Assembly (NCBI GenBank): GCA_028023455.1 | Contig: JAQFVV010000002.1 | Coordinates: 24,428,001 to 24,492,000, forward strand | DNA: 64,000 nt | Source of the DNA: Epiperipatus broadwayi | Taxonomy: Eukaryota > Animalia > Onychophora | Direction: 5' to 3' | Shown here: positions 62,785 to 64,000 of the stretch, piece after piece | Layout of the letters: each line of letters opens with the position of its first letter | How positions within the stretch are numbered: the stretch's first letter is position 1 | Program-made: the position numbers and the translations under genes | The notes under the pieces: generated by a model | Seen by the model: the letters and a program-made list of their open reading frames with translations, nothing else | Databases searched by the model: none | What the model was told of the DNA's origin: nothing

Positions 62785-63524
62785 TTACAAATTTAAATAT
62801 TAATAATTTTAAAATGAATTAGCTCTGTTACAATAGGAGTGTGATGTATCCCTCACTGATGGTAAAGTGTGTGCTATATTTTTAACTCAAACTAATTTGA
62901 ACCTTCTGCCCTCTAAAAAAACAGTTAGATACCTATTTACCAATAATAATTGGATGACTAACAGAAATGATTATAGGCTACTTCTGTTTTTGACCTAATC
63001 AAATGTCCAAGTTTTAACTGAACTAGAGTCAAACTTCGGATCAGAAGCATGGCATTGGGCATTTAATTATGTCACAAGGCCTTTCACATAAAATATGATG
63101 ACCAAGCAGTAATTTTTTAGAGATATGTTGCTGCTTCATGATACCCTCTCAATATAACATTTTCTATAAGAAACTACAATATACAATTAACATTAAGTTT
63201 TGGTTTTAGAAGTATTTGCTTTAGCTTTTTTTTTTTTTTTAAATAATGTAGTAAGCCAATAATACAAATAGGAAAACAAACATTGCTTATACTTTTTGGA
63301 TATCTGGTTTTAATTCAGATACCACTAAGATAATGATAACATTTAATTATTTTATCAAGCTTATGGTTTTAAATTTCAATCACCTAAAATTTTGGATTCA
63401 AACATAGAATTTGTTAAAATAAATATGAAATTAGTTTATGGTTCTAGATATTAAAATAAAAATATTTGTTTGTATATATAAATAGTTTATATATATATTA
63501 TTGCCCCCAAACAAACAAAAACAC

Positions 63525-64000
63525 TCATCACCATCATTTTCAACCAACATCAATCCACTGAAGAATGAAAATCTTTACAAATTTAACCATCATACCAGCA
63601 AAGTTCCTTATTTCATCCATCTATCACACATGTGGTCTTTTTCTAAGTCTTTTCCACTCTCATGAGTTCTGATCTATTGTCATCTCTTTGAGCAATTTGT
63701 CCAGATCATCTCCATATCAGTCTCTTAATTCTTTAATGATATCAGTGATACCTCTTTGTTCTCTTACCCAATGTATTTATATTTGATCTCTTCTTCTAAC
63801 TCCTAACATACAACTCTCCATATCTCATGGGATGTCTCTGAAGTCCTGAACTGCTCTTACATTAATTTTCCAAATCTCAGATACATAAATAAGAATTGGT
63901 AAAACACATCTATTAAAAGCTTTTCCAAACACATAGGCATATTTCCATTTAATATTAGGTTATTTCCATCAAAAGTAGGATTGATTTCATTCATTGTATT
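63525..64000 (-). mobile_element. RTE LINE 3' region, degenerate, running off the right edge
   Basis: Reverse-complement homologue of 29390-29840 (GNMPMCL..., GATGGATGAAATAAG, CAGTGGATTG...GATGGTGATGAG tail). Confidence 0.85.

Noticed and set aside
62820-63160. Upstream POLR3A exon or hAT N-terminal remnant
   Set aside because: No RPC1-like translation, and the hAT resemblance is too weak to call.

Overview
Very AT-rich eukaryotic (animal, probably arthropod-like) genomic DNA. The whole window lies inside the gene for the largest RNA polymerase III subunit (POLR3A/RPC1, minus strand). Five coding exons are present (62661-62756, 56591-56742, 50414-50500, 50122-50304, 11983-12091). They are separated by introns of 5.9 kb, 6.1 kb, 109 bp and 38 kb, with a further intron of more than 11.9 kb running off the left edge. 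The 5.9-kb intron is a minor-spliceosome (U12-type) intron with rare AT-AA ends, and it hosts an unexplained antisense reading frame of about 610 codons broken by two stops. The introns are packed with decayed transposons: Buster-type hATs (one full length, with TIRs and TSD, nested in an RTE LINE), Tigger/pogo, piggyBac, RTE and Vingi/Ingi-like LINEs, a Penelope-like element (RT plus GIY-YIG) and tRNA-Gly-derived SINEs. The most striking unexplained pattern is about ten fold-back mini-elements from several unrelated sequence families. They share one architecture: a palindrome plus a short one-sided tail, flanked by 9-14 bp direct repeats. Several carry degenerate hammerhead-ribozyme cores, which suggests non-autonomous elements mobilised by Penelope-like machinery. 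All calls were made by eye, with no database searches or folding runs.
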